A stretch of 64,000 nt of DNA from Chiloscyllium plagiosum (Eukaryota): assembly GCF_004010195.1 (NCBI RefSeq), contig NC_057718.1:32318791-32382790 (forward strand). The letters run 5' to 3'. The translations under genes were made by a program, and so were the position numbers. Under the pieces are notes generated by a model that saw only the letters and a program-made list of their open reading frames with translations, did no database searches and was not told the origin of the DNA. Of this stretch, positions 1-13,100 are shown one piece after another (within the stretch, counting starts at the first letter, position 1; each line of letters begins with the position of its first letter).

Positions 1-484
1 TTTTCCTTCTAGATGGAAGGGGTCATAGGTTTGGAAGCTGCTGTCTGAGGATCTTTGGTGAATTTGATATTGATGGATCTGTGTCAGACTGGAAGGAACA
101 TGTAGTAATTTTTCTTTAAAGTATGCTATAGAAGCATTCCTGTGCTCCACCAAAGATAATTGTCCTGAGGCCCATTAACAGTTTGGTCTTATTTCACTGC
201 AGCTTCCTGATTCGGGAAATCAGCCTGTATCTTTCTGGAGCTAACTGGCTGGTCATATCTTGGGGGTCGGAAAAAGAGACATTCCTGGAGGCATTGGGCA
301 TCAGAAGTATCAATAATGGTGTATCTTTCATTTGTTTGTCCAAAAGACTAAAAAGAAATGATCATTTCCTCTGTGTTGTTCTGCAAACTGGCAGCTTCCA
401 TGGTAAGGGTTGATTTTTGGTTAGGCTTCACTTTGCCCGATGTAGTGAGGGAAAGCGAGTTCTGTTCCTGAGTTTCACATTTGA

Positions 485-1505
485 ACGTAAGAACTCGAAG
501 CAGGAGAAGACAATTCAGCCCTTCGAGTCTGCTCCACTATTCAATATGAGCATGTCTAATGTTACTTCGGCTGCCTGCTCCGCTAACCTTCGACCTGTTA
601 CTAATTAAAATCAGTTGATCTCCTCCTTAAACTTACTCAATGTCCCAGCATCCACTGCACTCTGCAGTAATGAATTCCACAGATTCACAACCCTGTGAGA
701 GAAATAATTTCTCCTCATCTCTTTTAAATCCACTTCCCCTTATCCTAAAAATATGGCCTTTCATACTAGATTGCTCCACAAGAGGAAACATCCTCTCTAT
801 GTTTACTTTGTCAATCCCCTTTAACATCCTGTATGTCTCATTCTACTAAACTTCAGAGTATACACATAAACTCTCTTCATAAAACAAACTCCTCCAGAAT
901 CAATCTAGTGAATTCAACTGCGTCCCTCCTCAAGTCAGGGGGCCAAAACTGTACACAGTACTCCAAGTGCAGTCTCACTATTACCTTGTACAGTTCCAGC
1001 AACACTTTCCAAATTTCATACTGTATTCCTTTAGCAGTCAATGCCAAAATTCTACTTCCTTCTAACCTGCTGTACCTGCACCCTAGTTTTCTGCATTTTG
1101 TGCAAGAGGACACTGAAATCTTTCTGCACCAAAGCACTCTGAAGTTTCTCTCCATTTAGATATTAAGCTGCCTTTCAATTCTTCTGACCAAAATGGATAA
1201 CCTCACAGTTATCCACTTAAAACTCCATCCGTAAAGTTTTGGCCCATTCACCTAACCCATCCATATTAGTTTGTAAATTTCTTATTTCTTTATTGCAACT
1301 TACTCCCCCACCTATTTTAATGTAATCTTCAAATTTGGAAATTGTACCTTCTATCACTGCATCCAAGTTATTAAGATCGATTGTAGAGAGTTGGGACCTG
1401 GGGACTGACTCACGTGGGGCTCCACTAGTTGCTTCATGCCAACTAGAAAAATACCCAATAATCCTCAGTCTCTGCTTTCTGATGGTTAATCAGTCCTCTG
1501 TGGAA
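485..1505 (-). mobile_element. CR1-clade LINE 3' fragment (decayed)
   Basis: Minus-strand remnants LELYKVIVRLHLEYCVQFW and MLKGIDKVNIERMFPL, typical of the CR1 ORF2 C-terminus; 3' UTR near 485-630. Confidence 0.85.
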
Positions 1506-1509
1506 GCAT

Positions 1510-1845
1510 AACTGGTGGATCTGGGTTTAAACTAAATAGTGGGAAGGTGGTTCAGTTGCATGGTAAATTGTGGAAAATGTTAAAAGGGGGAGAGGGCAGC
1601 ACAAACATTATTAAAGAACAGGTAATCAGACAGAGAGTGTGAATGGTTCAGGAATCTAACTTCAGGCACAGCAGATAAGGGGACACCCATGAAAAGAGGG
1701 GCAGTCAACGCAGGACTGAAGATGTTGGACTGAAATGCACAGTATACAAAACAAGGTAAATGAGCAGGTAGCACAAATTGAGATTGACAGGTATGATGTT
1801 ATGGAGATCACAGAGACATGTTAAAGGGATCAGGGCTGGGAAATA
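1510..1845 (+). mobile_element. CR1 LINE fragment, ORF2 endonuclease start
   Basis: Decayed reading resembling NA.SI.NKV...VAQIEIDRYDVMEITET. Confidence 0.6.
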
Positions 1846-1847
1846 AA

Positions 1848-2182
1848 TCATAGAATCCCTAGACTGAGGCCAATTGGCCCATTGAGTCTGCACCAACCCT
1901 CTGAAGAGCATCTCACCTAGACCCACACCCCATCCAATTCCTGTAGCCCTGCATTTTCCATGGCTTATCCATCTAGCCTGCATACTAAAGGACAATTTAG
2001 CATGGCCAATCCAGCTAATCTACACATCTTTGGACTGTGGGAGGAAACTGATGCACCCAGAGGGAACCCACACAGACAGGGAGAGAATGTGCATGATCCA
2101 CACAGACAGTCACCCGAGGCTGAAATTGAACCTGGGTCACTGGTGCTATGAGGCAGCAGTGCTAACCACTGAACCATCATTG
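1848..2182 (-). mobile_element. HE1-like tRNA-derived V-SINE
   Basis: Reverse-complement match to the copy at 25910, with the tRNA head, central tgtggagtttgca...gggtttcc domain and CR1-like tail. Confidence 0.9.
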
Positions 2183-2184
2183 TG

Positions 2185-2530
2185 ACTAACTCCAGGATGC
2201 TAGTTTGGGACTTCAGTTTCTCATCCTTCAACATAATTTGAAATTTCATGCTGTGATCACTCTTCCCTAGAGGATCCTTTACCATGAGAACATTAATTAA
2301 TCCCAGCTATTTACACAAGAGCAAATTCAGAATACCCTGCCCCCTGGTCAGGTCCATGACATATCGTTCCAAGGGGTCTTTAACACATTCAATGACTACT
2401 CCTTTGAGACTACCCTTGTCAATTTGAGTGACCCAGTCTGTAATTATATTAAAACCACGAATGATTATTACTGTACCATTCTTACAATCCCCCCTGAGTA
2501 CCCCACTGTGGCACTACTGTTGGCGAACCT
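2185..2530 (-). mobile_element. CR1 LINE endonuclease-region fragment
   Basis: Remnant VKDPLGKSDHSM.FQI, the AP-endonuclease SDH motif. Confidence 0.7.
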
Positions 2531-2690
2531 ACAGACTGAATCTTGCAAGTTGTGCCTGTTTCAAGTTGAAGTGTTGGTCTTTGAAAAATCACTCAGAACA
2601 ATATATCAGACTCTATAGGAACACAGCAAATGAGGACAATATTTGAAAGGCTCATATTGATTTTATGCCAGCACAATGGGGCATCAATGA

Positions 2691-2918
<228 letters not shown>

Positions 2919-4104
2919 TAAGAGCAAGAGAGCTGTTAAAGGCAAAAAAACTCCAATGAGGAAAGACGTCATTGTTTTGCAACTTTAGATGAAGGCAGTG
3001 CACCTTAGAATGATGAAAACTTGTGGGGTTATATTTGAATGGAGAGAACCCAACTGAGAAATATAAGTACATTCCCGAAATGTTATCAGAGTATATGATC
3101 CTTCATGTTTGTTCCAATATCTATCCTTCACACTTTTGTGAACATTACATTTGGCAAAGAAGGAAGACTTAAAAGTTTGCTTCCTTAGCGATTTTAACTT
3201 TTTGAAAACAGTTTACTGAATGATGATGCATGCAAATGAGAGCATTTGGTGCAATAATTATGTAAAGAACAGGTCGGGGAAAACATGAGAACATATAATG
3301 TCATAGCATTATATTTGTTATGACACATTGTATGTTGAAGATAGTGTATTCGTTATTACACCTTAGAGGTTTCAAGTTTTACTCACAGAGGAGAGAAAGG
3401 TGCAGTGTTTAATCACACCATGGCTGTGTCAGGTGGAGGACTGCCTATAGCAGTATGCTGTCTTTTTAATCCTAATTTATTTCTATGACAGTAGTCCAGA
3501 TAGTGCTAAAGTGGAGGAATGTTACTTCAAAGTGAAATACTCTAAGGCTGCAGCCACACATCAATTTATTAATAATTTATGATCTGTTAATGTTTTAAAA
3601 ATATGATAATGTAATTCACACAAACGATTCAGCTGAAAATTCAACTTTGAAACTCCATGTGGTGAGATTTCTGAACTTATACCCATGTGTCCAAGGATGC
3701 TGGATTGAGTTAAACTTGCCTCAACTTCGTATGCCATTTTATATTCACATCTCGTGGAGGATCTCCAAAATAAACCACATGTAAAGATGCAGGTAATGTG
3801 CTGGGACTGCTTGGAAATCAGATGCAACCTTTATAAAGTCAAGCCTGACAGATTGTAGCAGCAGGTATGCAGGAAATGCCTTTGATCACAAAGCTGCTCG
3901 CTGTTACATGTCAACTGCCCATTTTTCAAGAACAGTTCCATCAGAGCATTTGGCAAGACAGCTGGGACAAAGGCAGTGGAATGATAAACAGAAGAGCTCA
4001 AAATGCCTTTGAAACTGACCTCCAAACCCATTCAGCAAGAGTGAATACAGGAGAAACAGACTGCTGGATCAGCATGGAAGGAAATGCTAAAAAACTGCTT
4101 CTTG

Positions 4105-4846
4105 TGTCATGCAGAAGAAGGCTATATGCTACCTATCTCAGTGCTAGTCTTCCAGACCAGTGCCACAACCAGACAAGGACAACACCATGACCACTGTACC
4201 TTTGTTTATTTTTTAACCTGAGTATTGTGAGCATGAGTACATTCTTCACTTTTTAGTGTAAAGAACTCCATGATGAATTTGTCACAATTATTGGATGGTA
4301 TAGAGGGCATCCAGTTGGAACAGTGCATTATATGTAACCAACTCTCCTAATAGAACTTATATGAAGAATCTTGAAGCTCCTTCCTCAACTTCATACGTGA
4401 TACGTTTTACACCAATTGCACAGTAGATACGGTCTTTACAGGATGCACCCTATCTTGCTAGAGTTCTCAAAGAAGCACGCAGCGCATCAGAGCAAACATT
4501 ACAGCCATTAAGGAGCTCACTTGCTGTGAGGTGCAGCCCGTGGACCTGACAGGAATGATGGATTGAAAGCACCATTAGGGGAAGAGTTATACAGACTTGA
4601 AACTGCACACTAACTAACTGCACACTAACTAACTGCACACTAACTGCACGCTAACACTATACTACCCAATAATTGTGACAGGTTCATCATGGATTTCTTT
4701 ACAATAAAAAGTACTCATGCTCACAATACTCAGGTTAAAAAATAAACAAAGGTACAGTGGTCACGGTGTTGTCCTTGTCTGGTTATGGCACTGGCCTGGA
4801 AGACTAGCACTGAGATAGGTGGCATACAGCCTTCTTCTGCATGACA
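4105..4846. mobile_element. Unclassified fold-back element with ~190-bp terminal inverted repeats (TGT...ACA)
   Basis: 4105-4303 is a near reverse complement of 4657-4846. The ORF track shows the same peptide SCRRRLYATYLSASLP.QCHNQTRTTP on both strands. Confidence 0.8.
4601..4656. repeat. Short tandem array of aactgcacact(aact) units
   Basis: aactgcacactaact aactgcacactaact aactgcacact aactgcacgct. Confidence 0.9.
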
Positions 4847-5290
4847 ACCAATCCACTATCCATAACAGTGTAATGCCCTCTACACTATATGCTCCTATTT
4901 TACATATTAACTTTTGACGTAGCTCTTTATCAAATGCTTTCTGGAAATCTAAGCACAATGCAGTCACTCGTCCCCTTTCACCTATTCTGTGTGTTACTTC
5001 TTCAAATAAACTCTGAAAAAATAATCAACCAAGATTACCCTTTCAACAAAACCACACTGATTCTGCCTGCTTCTTTTTTCTAAGTACCTCCTTAATAATA
5101 GATTACAGCATTTTCCCGATGACAGATGTTGAACTAATTGGCCTGTCATGTTCGGTTTTCTGTCTCCCTCCTTCCTTGAATAAAAAAGTCACATTCACTA
5201 TGTTACGATCTGCTGATGCCTTTCCAGAATCTAGGAAAGTGTAGAAAATGAAACTAAGCCATCTAGCACCTATTACAGCCAATGGCCTTG
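4847..5290 (-). mobile_element. CR1 LINE RT fragment
   Basis: Remnants LDFQKAFDK and NVTFLFKEGGRQKTEHDRPISSTSVIGKML. Confidence 0.85.
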
Positions 5291-5624
5291 TCAGATTTTT
5301 TGTTCTAATAGTATTTTCATTACCCTTTTTAAGTTCTTTGCTTTTTCTCATGCTGTAATTTTCAATTATTTCTGGGATGATTTTTGAATCCTTCAAAGCT
5401 GCATTTCCTTGCCAGTAGTGTTGGAGGACTTACTACAATCCACTTGAGCTGGCATATGGGACCTTGATTACCAATCCGGCTGTTCATTCTTGAGGTGGGT
5501 GGTAGGAATTGGGAAAAATCCCACATCAGTCCATCCATGTCTGGAGAAGGTATCTGCAAGGACAGGTTACTGGCCATTGCAGAGGAAAGGTATGTGAAGC
5601 AGTCAGAATGTTGTTGATGTTAAT

Positions 5625-6520
5625 GGAACATGTGAATTAGGAGCCTATATTTCCAATCAGTAAGATCATGGCTGATCTGTTTGTTTCAAATGCCATATTC
5701 CCATCTATCCCCACTAACCTTTAATTCCCTTGCCTCCCAAGAATCTATTTACCTCCACCTTAATAGTATACATCCACCTCTATAATACGATCTAGGCACC
5801 TCCACTGCCTTCTAAGACTCAAACGTCTCACAGCCCTCTGATAGAAAATATTTCTCCTCCTCACTGTCCTCAAAGGGCAACCCCTAACATTTGAACCCCG
5901 AGTTCAGGACTGACCCACAAGAGGAAATATCCTTTTCATGTTGACCTTGTCAAGGCCATTCAGGGTCTTATATATTTACATTAAGTTGCTCTTAACTCTT
6001 CTGAATTCAAATGGAAACAAGCCCAATCTGCTCAATGTTTCTTCATAAAACAATGTGCTAATTTCAGGTCTCAATCTAGTAGACATTCTCTGAGCTGCCT
6101 CTGATGCATTGACATCCTTCTTTTAATAAGTAAACCAAAACTGGACACCGTATTCAATTTGTGATTCAGCATTCCCCTGTATAATCGAAGCCAAAGATCC
6201 TTACTTTTATGTTCACTTCCTCTCACAGTAAAGAGTAGTGTTCTATTAGCCTTCTTAATAACATGCTGTGCCTGCATAATAATTCTTGTGACATATGCAC
6301 CAGAACACCTATATCCCCCACACATTGGAATTCTGCAGTCATTCTCCATTTAAATAATATGGGTTTTATTCTTTCTGCCAGAGTGAATAACTGAATATTT
6401 TTCTGTCTTATAATCTATTTCCCAGATTCTTGCCCATTCACTCAATTTGTCTTCACTGGTTTGTATTCTATTTATATCTTATTCACACCATACCTTCCAA
6501 CCAATCTTTGTGTCACCAGC
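5625..6520 (-). mobile_element. CR1 LINE 3' fragment
   Basis: Remnant QAQHVIKKANRTLLF..RGSEHKSKD.WLRLYR, plus a CR1-type 3' UTR. Confidence 0.8.
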
Positions 6521-7029
6521 AAATGGAAGGTCTATTCTCTATACCCCGGCTCATAACTTTGACCTTCCTGAAGTGGATCGCCAGTCTAGCTTCTTGCAGA
6601 TCCATGAGAGCTACAAAAATATTAACGACTTATTTAGTCTAAAAAAAAACATGTCTTTCTTCCTGTTGTCTCTCCTAATGTGGCTTGGAATTGTATCTTC
6701 AATAAACAATGAAGACAATAAACGTTTCGGAAGAAAACCAACAAAGCAAATTATTCATATGTTCTAATCTTTCTCATTTGTTCTCATGATGTGCAAAGAA
6801 CTGACAAGTTTGCATTTATTCCCATCCTTCATTGCTTCAAGAGGCTGGCAGTGATTCTTTAACCAATGCAGTAGCAATTAAATTGGACATTGGTGTATTA
6901 AATTACGTGACTGTTAACTAGAAACCTCTGGTTGCTTTTAAGTATACAAATTTAACCTGGTGGAAGAATTCATGCAAGTTCAAATCTAAAGTGTCAGTCG
7001 CTTAAATAACTTGTAAACATAATTGATTG

Positions 7030-7907
7030 TCTTTATGAATATAGGAAGTATGGTTGGTAAATTTGCAGATGACACCAAAATGAGTGGTGCAGTGGACAGC
7101 GAAGAAGGTTACCCCAGAGTGCAAAGGGACTTTGATCAGTTTGGCCAATGGACTGATGAGTGGCAGATGGAGTTTAATTTAGATAAATATGAGGTGCTGC
7201 GTTTTGGTAAGGCAAAACAGGGCAGGACTTATACAATTAATGGTATGGTATTGAGGAGTGTTGCTGAACAAAGAGACCAGTGAAGAAGGCATTTGGTATG
7301 ATTGCCTCTATTGGTCAATGCATTGAGTATAGGAGTTGGAAGAGCCTATTGCAGCTGTACAGGACATTGGGGAGGCCACTTTTAGAATACAACATTCTGG
7401 TCTCCCTGCTACGGGAAAGCTGTGAAACTTGAACAGGTTCAGAAAAGATTTACAAGGATGTTGCCACAGTTGGAGGATTTGAGTTATAGGGAGAAGCTGA
7501 ATAGACTGGGGCAGTTTTTCCTGGAGCATCGGAAGCTGAGGGTGACCTTATAAAGGTTTATAAAATCAAGAGGGACATGGATAGGGTGAATAGCCAAGTT
7601 TTTTCACCAGGGTATTTGAGTCCAAAACTAGAGGGCATATATTTAAGGTCAGAGCAGAAAGATTTAAAAGGGACCTAAGGAACACTCACAGAGTGGAGTG
7701 TGTATGGAAAGAGCTGCCAGAGAAAGTGGTGGAGGCTGGTACAATTACAGCATTTAAAAAGCATCTGGATGGGTATATGAAAAGGAAAGACGGAAAGGGA
7801 TATGGGCCAAGTGCTGGCAAATGGGACTAGATTAGGTTCGGATATCTGGTTGGCATGAACAATTTGGACCGAAGGGTGTATGTCCATACTGTACAGCTCT
7901 ATAACTT
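7030..7907 (+). mobile_element. CR1/HER1 LINE 3' fragment
   Basis: KFADDTK RT motif and WQMEFNLDK; 3' end gggactagattagg...tgtacagctctata. Confidence 0.9.
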
Positions 7908-9176
7908 AATGAATTGTTTAATTCTTTAATTAATCACTTAATCATTAATTTCCTCATTTTGTAGCTCTATTTAATATGATAATTGCAGATTTTTATTTTA
8001 ATAATGATATTGCAATGTAACACTGAGCAGCTGTGAATAGCAAATCAAATTCTCCTCTGATTCATGCAGCTGGGACATATTTCACGTTTTTGAAGAAAAA
8101 GAGCTGGAGTGTTATAACACCTTCTCAACATTTAATTAGGATTTTGTTTCAAATGACTATTACATAAGGGCATCCCACAGTTTTAAGGTCAAGCAGACTG
8201 GCTGATCTCTGCTTCAATTGTTGGTTTGTGTGAAATCACTTGATCTCATGAATACCATAATTGCATACCACCAAAGGAGACAAATTCCATTTATGTTACA
8301 TATTCAATATAAGAATGCCTCAAGCTACTTCACATGCATTTAAACCAAGAAACCCAAGAGATTGAGAACAGAGACCATAATGCTTGTTGAGGATGCAGGT
8401 TCTGAGGCAGGGTATTTTAGGAACAAGAGAAGAGTTGGATTTGGGAAGCAAGTTCCAGATTAGGACCCCCGGTTGCTGAAGACTCTGTTGCGAACATTGG
8501 GGGTAAAGGGGCATGAAGGTGAGTGAACGCCTGCAGAAAAAAAGTGTTAAAGTGTACACATGCCGCAGATGTGAAAATGATTGAAATGATTTTGCGGAAT
8601 GGTGAACCATTTCCAATGGGACCAAAGGTTAAAGTATCCATTATCGATTGTTGCTGTACCTTGCGCTTCTCAGTTGAGAGCAGATGACGTGCCTGACAAT
8701 TGAATTTAGAGTTCAGGTCAGTCTTCAGTCAGAAGATACAATGCCTTTTGCATTTCAAACAGCATTTACTTGGAGGAAGGATATTCGTGGTCTAGAATTG
8801 CAGGTGATACACAAAGTACATAAAGCTCAAAGGTTTCAGAAGGTATCCCATACAACATGGTAATTGGCAGATTCCATGCAATCATGGCAATACTTTTTAA
8901 CAATGTCATGTCATGGGCATTTTTTGAACAAGTGAATCAATAAGTTAATAACACATAAAAATAATTTTCTGATCATCGACAAAGGCTGTTTTCATTTCAA
9001 GAACAATGTCTACTCAGAGTCATGTATAAATGCCATGGATTTTCATGTGCGTTACACAGGCCAAATCAAGGCCTGCAGATCATTGGTCCCATGAGGTAGG
9101 CCATCCCATGAGATAGTGAGATTTGGAGTGGAATATTTGCTTGCCTTTCTTTCCTTCTCTGCCATCAGTCTGCCTC

Positions 9177-10240
9177 ATAGAGTCATAGAGGTGTACAGCA
9201 TGGAAACACATCCTTCATTCCAACCCATCCATGTCAACCAGATATCCCAACCCAATCTAGTCCCACCTGCCAGTACCTGGCCCATAACACTCCAAGCTCT
9301 TCCTTTTCATGTACCCATCCAGATGCTTTTTAAATGTTGCAATTGTACTAGACTCCATCACTTCTTCTCACAGCTTATTTCGTACACAAACCACCCTCTG
9401 CGTGAAAAAGTTGCTCCATAGGTCTCTTTTACATCTTTCCCCTCTCACCCTAAACCTATGCCCTCTAGTTCTGGACTCCCCCACCCCGGGGAAAAGTCTT
9501 TGTCTATTTATCCTATCCATGCCCCTCATGATTTTATAAACCTCTATAAGGTCACCCCTCAGCCTCCGACGCTCCAGTGAAAACTAGAGCCTATTCAAAT
9601 CTCCCTCTAGCTCAAATCCTTCAACCCTACCAACAGCCTTGTAAATCTTTTCTGAACCCTTTCAGGTTTCACAACATCATCCCAATAGGAACGGACACCA
9701 GAATTGCACACAATATTCCAACAGTGGCCTAACCAATGTCCTGTACAGCCGCAACATAACTCCTGTACTCAATACTCTGACTAATAAAGCAAAGCATAAC
9801 AAACGCCTCCTTTACTATCCTATATACTTGCGGCGCTGCTTTCAAGGAGCTATGAAGCTACGAAGCACTCCAAGGTCTCCCCAGGACCTTACCATTCAAT
9901 GTATAAGTCCTACTCAGATTTGCTTTCCCAAAATGCAGCACCTCGCATTAATCTAAATTAAACAGCTTCTGCTACTCTTCAGCCCATTGGCCCATCTGAT
10001 CAGGATCCCATTGTAATCTCAGGTAACTTGCTTTACTGTCCACTACAATTTTGGTGTCGTCTGCAAACTTACTAACTATACCTCTTGTGCTCACATCCAA
10101 ATCATTAATATAAATGATGAAAAGTAGTGGACCCAGCACCAATCCTTGTGGCACTCCACTGGTCACAGGCTTCCAGACTGAAAAGCAACCCTTCACCACC
10201 ACCCTCTGTCTTCTCCCTTCAAGCCAATTCTGCATCCATC
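9177..10240 (-). mobile_element. CR1/HER1 LINE 3' fragment
   Basis: [22 protein letters not shown]...KFADDTK; tail catagagtcatagag on the + strand. Confidence 0.93.
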
Positions 10241-10799
10241 ATTAAAATGTTTCATCTCAAAGCATGAGGCATCTTGATAGAAAAGTCATTCTAAACTATT
10301 CATTAGAGTCCGTGCCTTGTCTATAATGTTAATGCTGCTGCATTTCAAGAAGTATTTCAATGTCTTGAAGTGTTTTCTTTGTCCACCCCTTCATCACTGG
10401 CTATTGGAATGTTGAAAAACAGAACCTGACTGGGGTGATGCTTTTCAGCACCTGAGCAGTTTGAAGTCTGTCATACTTAGCTTTGCTTGAGTTTTGCCAG
10501 AATCTTGTGGAATTGGCTTCCAGAAAGGCACTAGCTTTTGTTTGATGAAGAAGAAAGTCAGCTACTGAACAATTGACACTGAAACTAAAACTCTGAAGTC
10601 TGAGTCAACCATTTGACAAGATAGATCACAGCAGATATTAGTCATTTCATTCTGTACAAAAGAACTTTTCAGCAGGTAGAGTTTGGGAAAAGATCAGAAG
10701 GGAATCCTTGGCATGATTTTGGCTGGGATAAGACATTAGTTGTTGAATCTACATGTATAACAGTGATGATTATACAAATGGGTTTCTTACATTCTGTGT

Positions 10800-11312
10800 C
10801 AAGTCCGAAAGGGCTGGACATAGACTGGAAAATCCAGAACTAAGGGGCAAAGTTTCAGGTTAAAGTGTTTGTCACTTAGAACAGAAATGAATAGGAAATT
10901 ATTCATTCATAAAGTTGTGAATCCTTGGAATTCCTTATGTGATTTGGTTGTGGATGTGCTACCATGGAATAAGGTTAAAAATCACACAACACCAGGTTAT
11001 GGGCCAACAAGTTTAATTGGAAGCACTAGCTTTCAGAGCCCCACTCTTTCATCAAGTGTTTGTCCTCAGGTGAAGGAGCGGTGCACCGAAAGCTAGTGCT
11101 TCCAATTAAACCTATTGGACCATAACCTGGTGTTGTGTGATTTTTAACTTTATACACCCCAGTCCAACACCAGCATCTCCAAATCATGACTACCATGGGG
11201 AATAGATTATAGGGGTAACGATCTGAGGAAGGAATTGAGGCCTGATTGGATTAATGGGAATGCAGGCTCAAGAGTTGTATGGTCTACTCCTGTTCTTATT
11301 TCTTCTGTCCTG
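10800..11312 (+). mobile_element. CR1 3' end interrupted by a PLE insertion
   Basis: RTEMNRKLFIHKVVNPWNSL remnant; the 3' UTR resumes after 11198. Confidence 0.7.
10968..11189 (+). mobile_element. Penelope-like element end, family A, fold-back copy
   Basis: Inverted arms aaaatcacacaacaccaggttat.../...ataacctggtgttgtgtgattttt; 9-bp TSD ctaccatgg at 10959-10967 and 11190-11198. Confidence 0.8.
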
Positions 11313-11915
11313 TGGTCTGTTAGTCTTAATTAAGATGGAACTGCCAGCCCCTGTGAACCTCCTTGTCAGCATAGATCCTTGTTACAAAGCTGTATAATCA
11401 AATTAATTGGTACATAGAACCCAGGAGCCACAAACAACGAGTATCACTCATTTTCCATATGACTGAACCCTGAGACCAAGGATAGTTGAATTGTTTTGAC
11501 ATTGAAATCTGCATTACTCTCATTGCAATCTTAATGTACCAGTGTGTTCCTCCAGGAAGGACCATACAATAACATTGTACAAACGGTTCTAAAAACTATG
11601 CAAATGTAAGCTCTTAAAAGCATAGAAGTTACTTAAAATACAAACTACAGTAAAAGGCAACTTAGTTTTGATTTTGTGTTGTCATTTTTAATATCTTTGA
11701 ATTAAAATCACAGACCAACATGATAGCTTTGACTAGCAGCACAATATTCTCAAGATAATGAGAAATTGACCCTAAATCTGAAATGTTGACAAATATTAAT
11801 GTATCTTAGAGCATGTTGTTTGTGTCACATTGCAATTGTATTTTTGAAAATCAGTGTGTGAGTGACAATAACCAATAGTCTCACCATTCCTTATTTCTTC
11901 TGTGCTTTGTTACAG

Positions 11916-11950
11916 GGGAGTAATAGGTAAACAAGGATACCAATGTCAGG
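11916..11950 (+). CDS. PRKCE: PKC epsilon 35-nt coding exon (exon 4 equivalent), C1a
   Basis: Acceptor tttgttacag|, donor |gtaag. Encodes (W)GVIGKQGYQCQ(V); phase fits both neighbours. Not in the ORF track. Confidence 0.97.
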
Positions 11951-12437
11951 GTAAGAAATGAGTTTCAAATATCTCTGTTAAGGTTTATGTTGTAACATGT
12001 TTGATGTTCTCTGCTTTTTTGCTGTTCTCTTTCTGTGGACGGTCCAATGACTTTACAACAGACGTGCAATAAAACAGTAGATAAACATAGATCTCTGTTT
12101 GGCCACACTTGAACTTGTAAAATTCATCACTGAGACATTTTAGTGAGGAATCATGTAGCAACTGTACTTTATTAATGCATGAAACAGGCTGCACAGTCTT
12201 GAAAGCCTCAGCGGATTTGTTTATTTTCACCAAAAGAACATGAGTGAATGGATTGTTGCGAATGTCTCTGATGCATTTTGTGCTTTGAGCCCAAATGCCT
12301 GAAGGAGCTTTTCACAGAGCCAACAGAATGACTTGGAGACATCATTCGTATATGTTTTTAGCATGTGTGTTCCTGCTTATCTGAATAGTACAATTTTCCA
12401 ACTCTTCATGTAGGATCTTGTGGGATGCTGCTAATGC

Positions 12438-13100
12438 AAAGTCAGAAGTCGACAGTACCAGGTTATAGTCCAACAGGTTTATTTGAAATCACAAGCTTTC
12501 GAAGCACTGCTCTTTAGTCAGGCGAAGTGGAGGGCAGTGCACAGTCACAATATATCGGCAGGGAGAAATGGCAAGATAATTCCAGGTGATTAAGAGTGTC
12601 AACAGATAAGTACAAATAATGTGAGTGGAGGGATGACCTATGATCCGATTCATTCAGGCAGAGAAATACTGATACCTACTTATGCTATTCCAGCCATTTA
12701 GTTTGTCTCTAATGCCATCTTATTTTTGATTATTTGTAATAATTTCTCTGCCTTAATGAATCAGATCATAGGTCATCCTTTCACTGGTTATTCGGCTGTT
12801 GACACAGCACTCACACCATTTGACACTTTTAATCACCTAAAAAGACTTGTTATCCAGCCTGTCGACACTCTTATCACACTGTTTGTACTATCGTTTGACA
12901 CTCTTAATCATCTGGAATTATCTTGCCATTATCTCTCTTCCTATATATTCTGTGCCTGTGTACTTCCCTCCACTTCACCTGACGAAGAAGCAGCGCTCCG
13001 AAAGCTTGTGATTTCAAATCAACCTGTTGGACCATAACCTTGTGTTGTGTGAATTCTGACTTTATCCACCCTAGCCCAACACTGGCATCTCCACTTCATG
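12438..13100 (+). mobile_element. Penelope-like element end, family A variant, long fold-back
   Basis: Arm of ~230 bp (12438-12668) is inverted against 12740-13063. Hammerhead-like core at 12979-13012. Imperfect TSD gctaatgc/gctgatgc. Confidence 0.75.

Noticed and set aside
3560..4095. Possible decayed Gypsy RT (FETPCG, VKPD, QEMP, QNAFET fragments)
   Set aside because: The motifs are short and scattered across frames; not supportable without a profile search.
4601..4656. CRISPR-like repeat array
   Set aside because: Head-to-tail minisatellite without unique spacers, in vertebrate intronic DNA.
8320..8700. Overlapping short ORFs in non-repeat-looking sequence
   Set aside because: No recognisable domain or splice-compatible exon, and the PRKCE frame is already complete without it.
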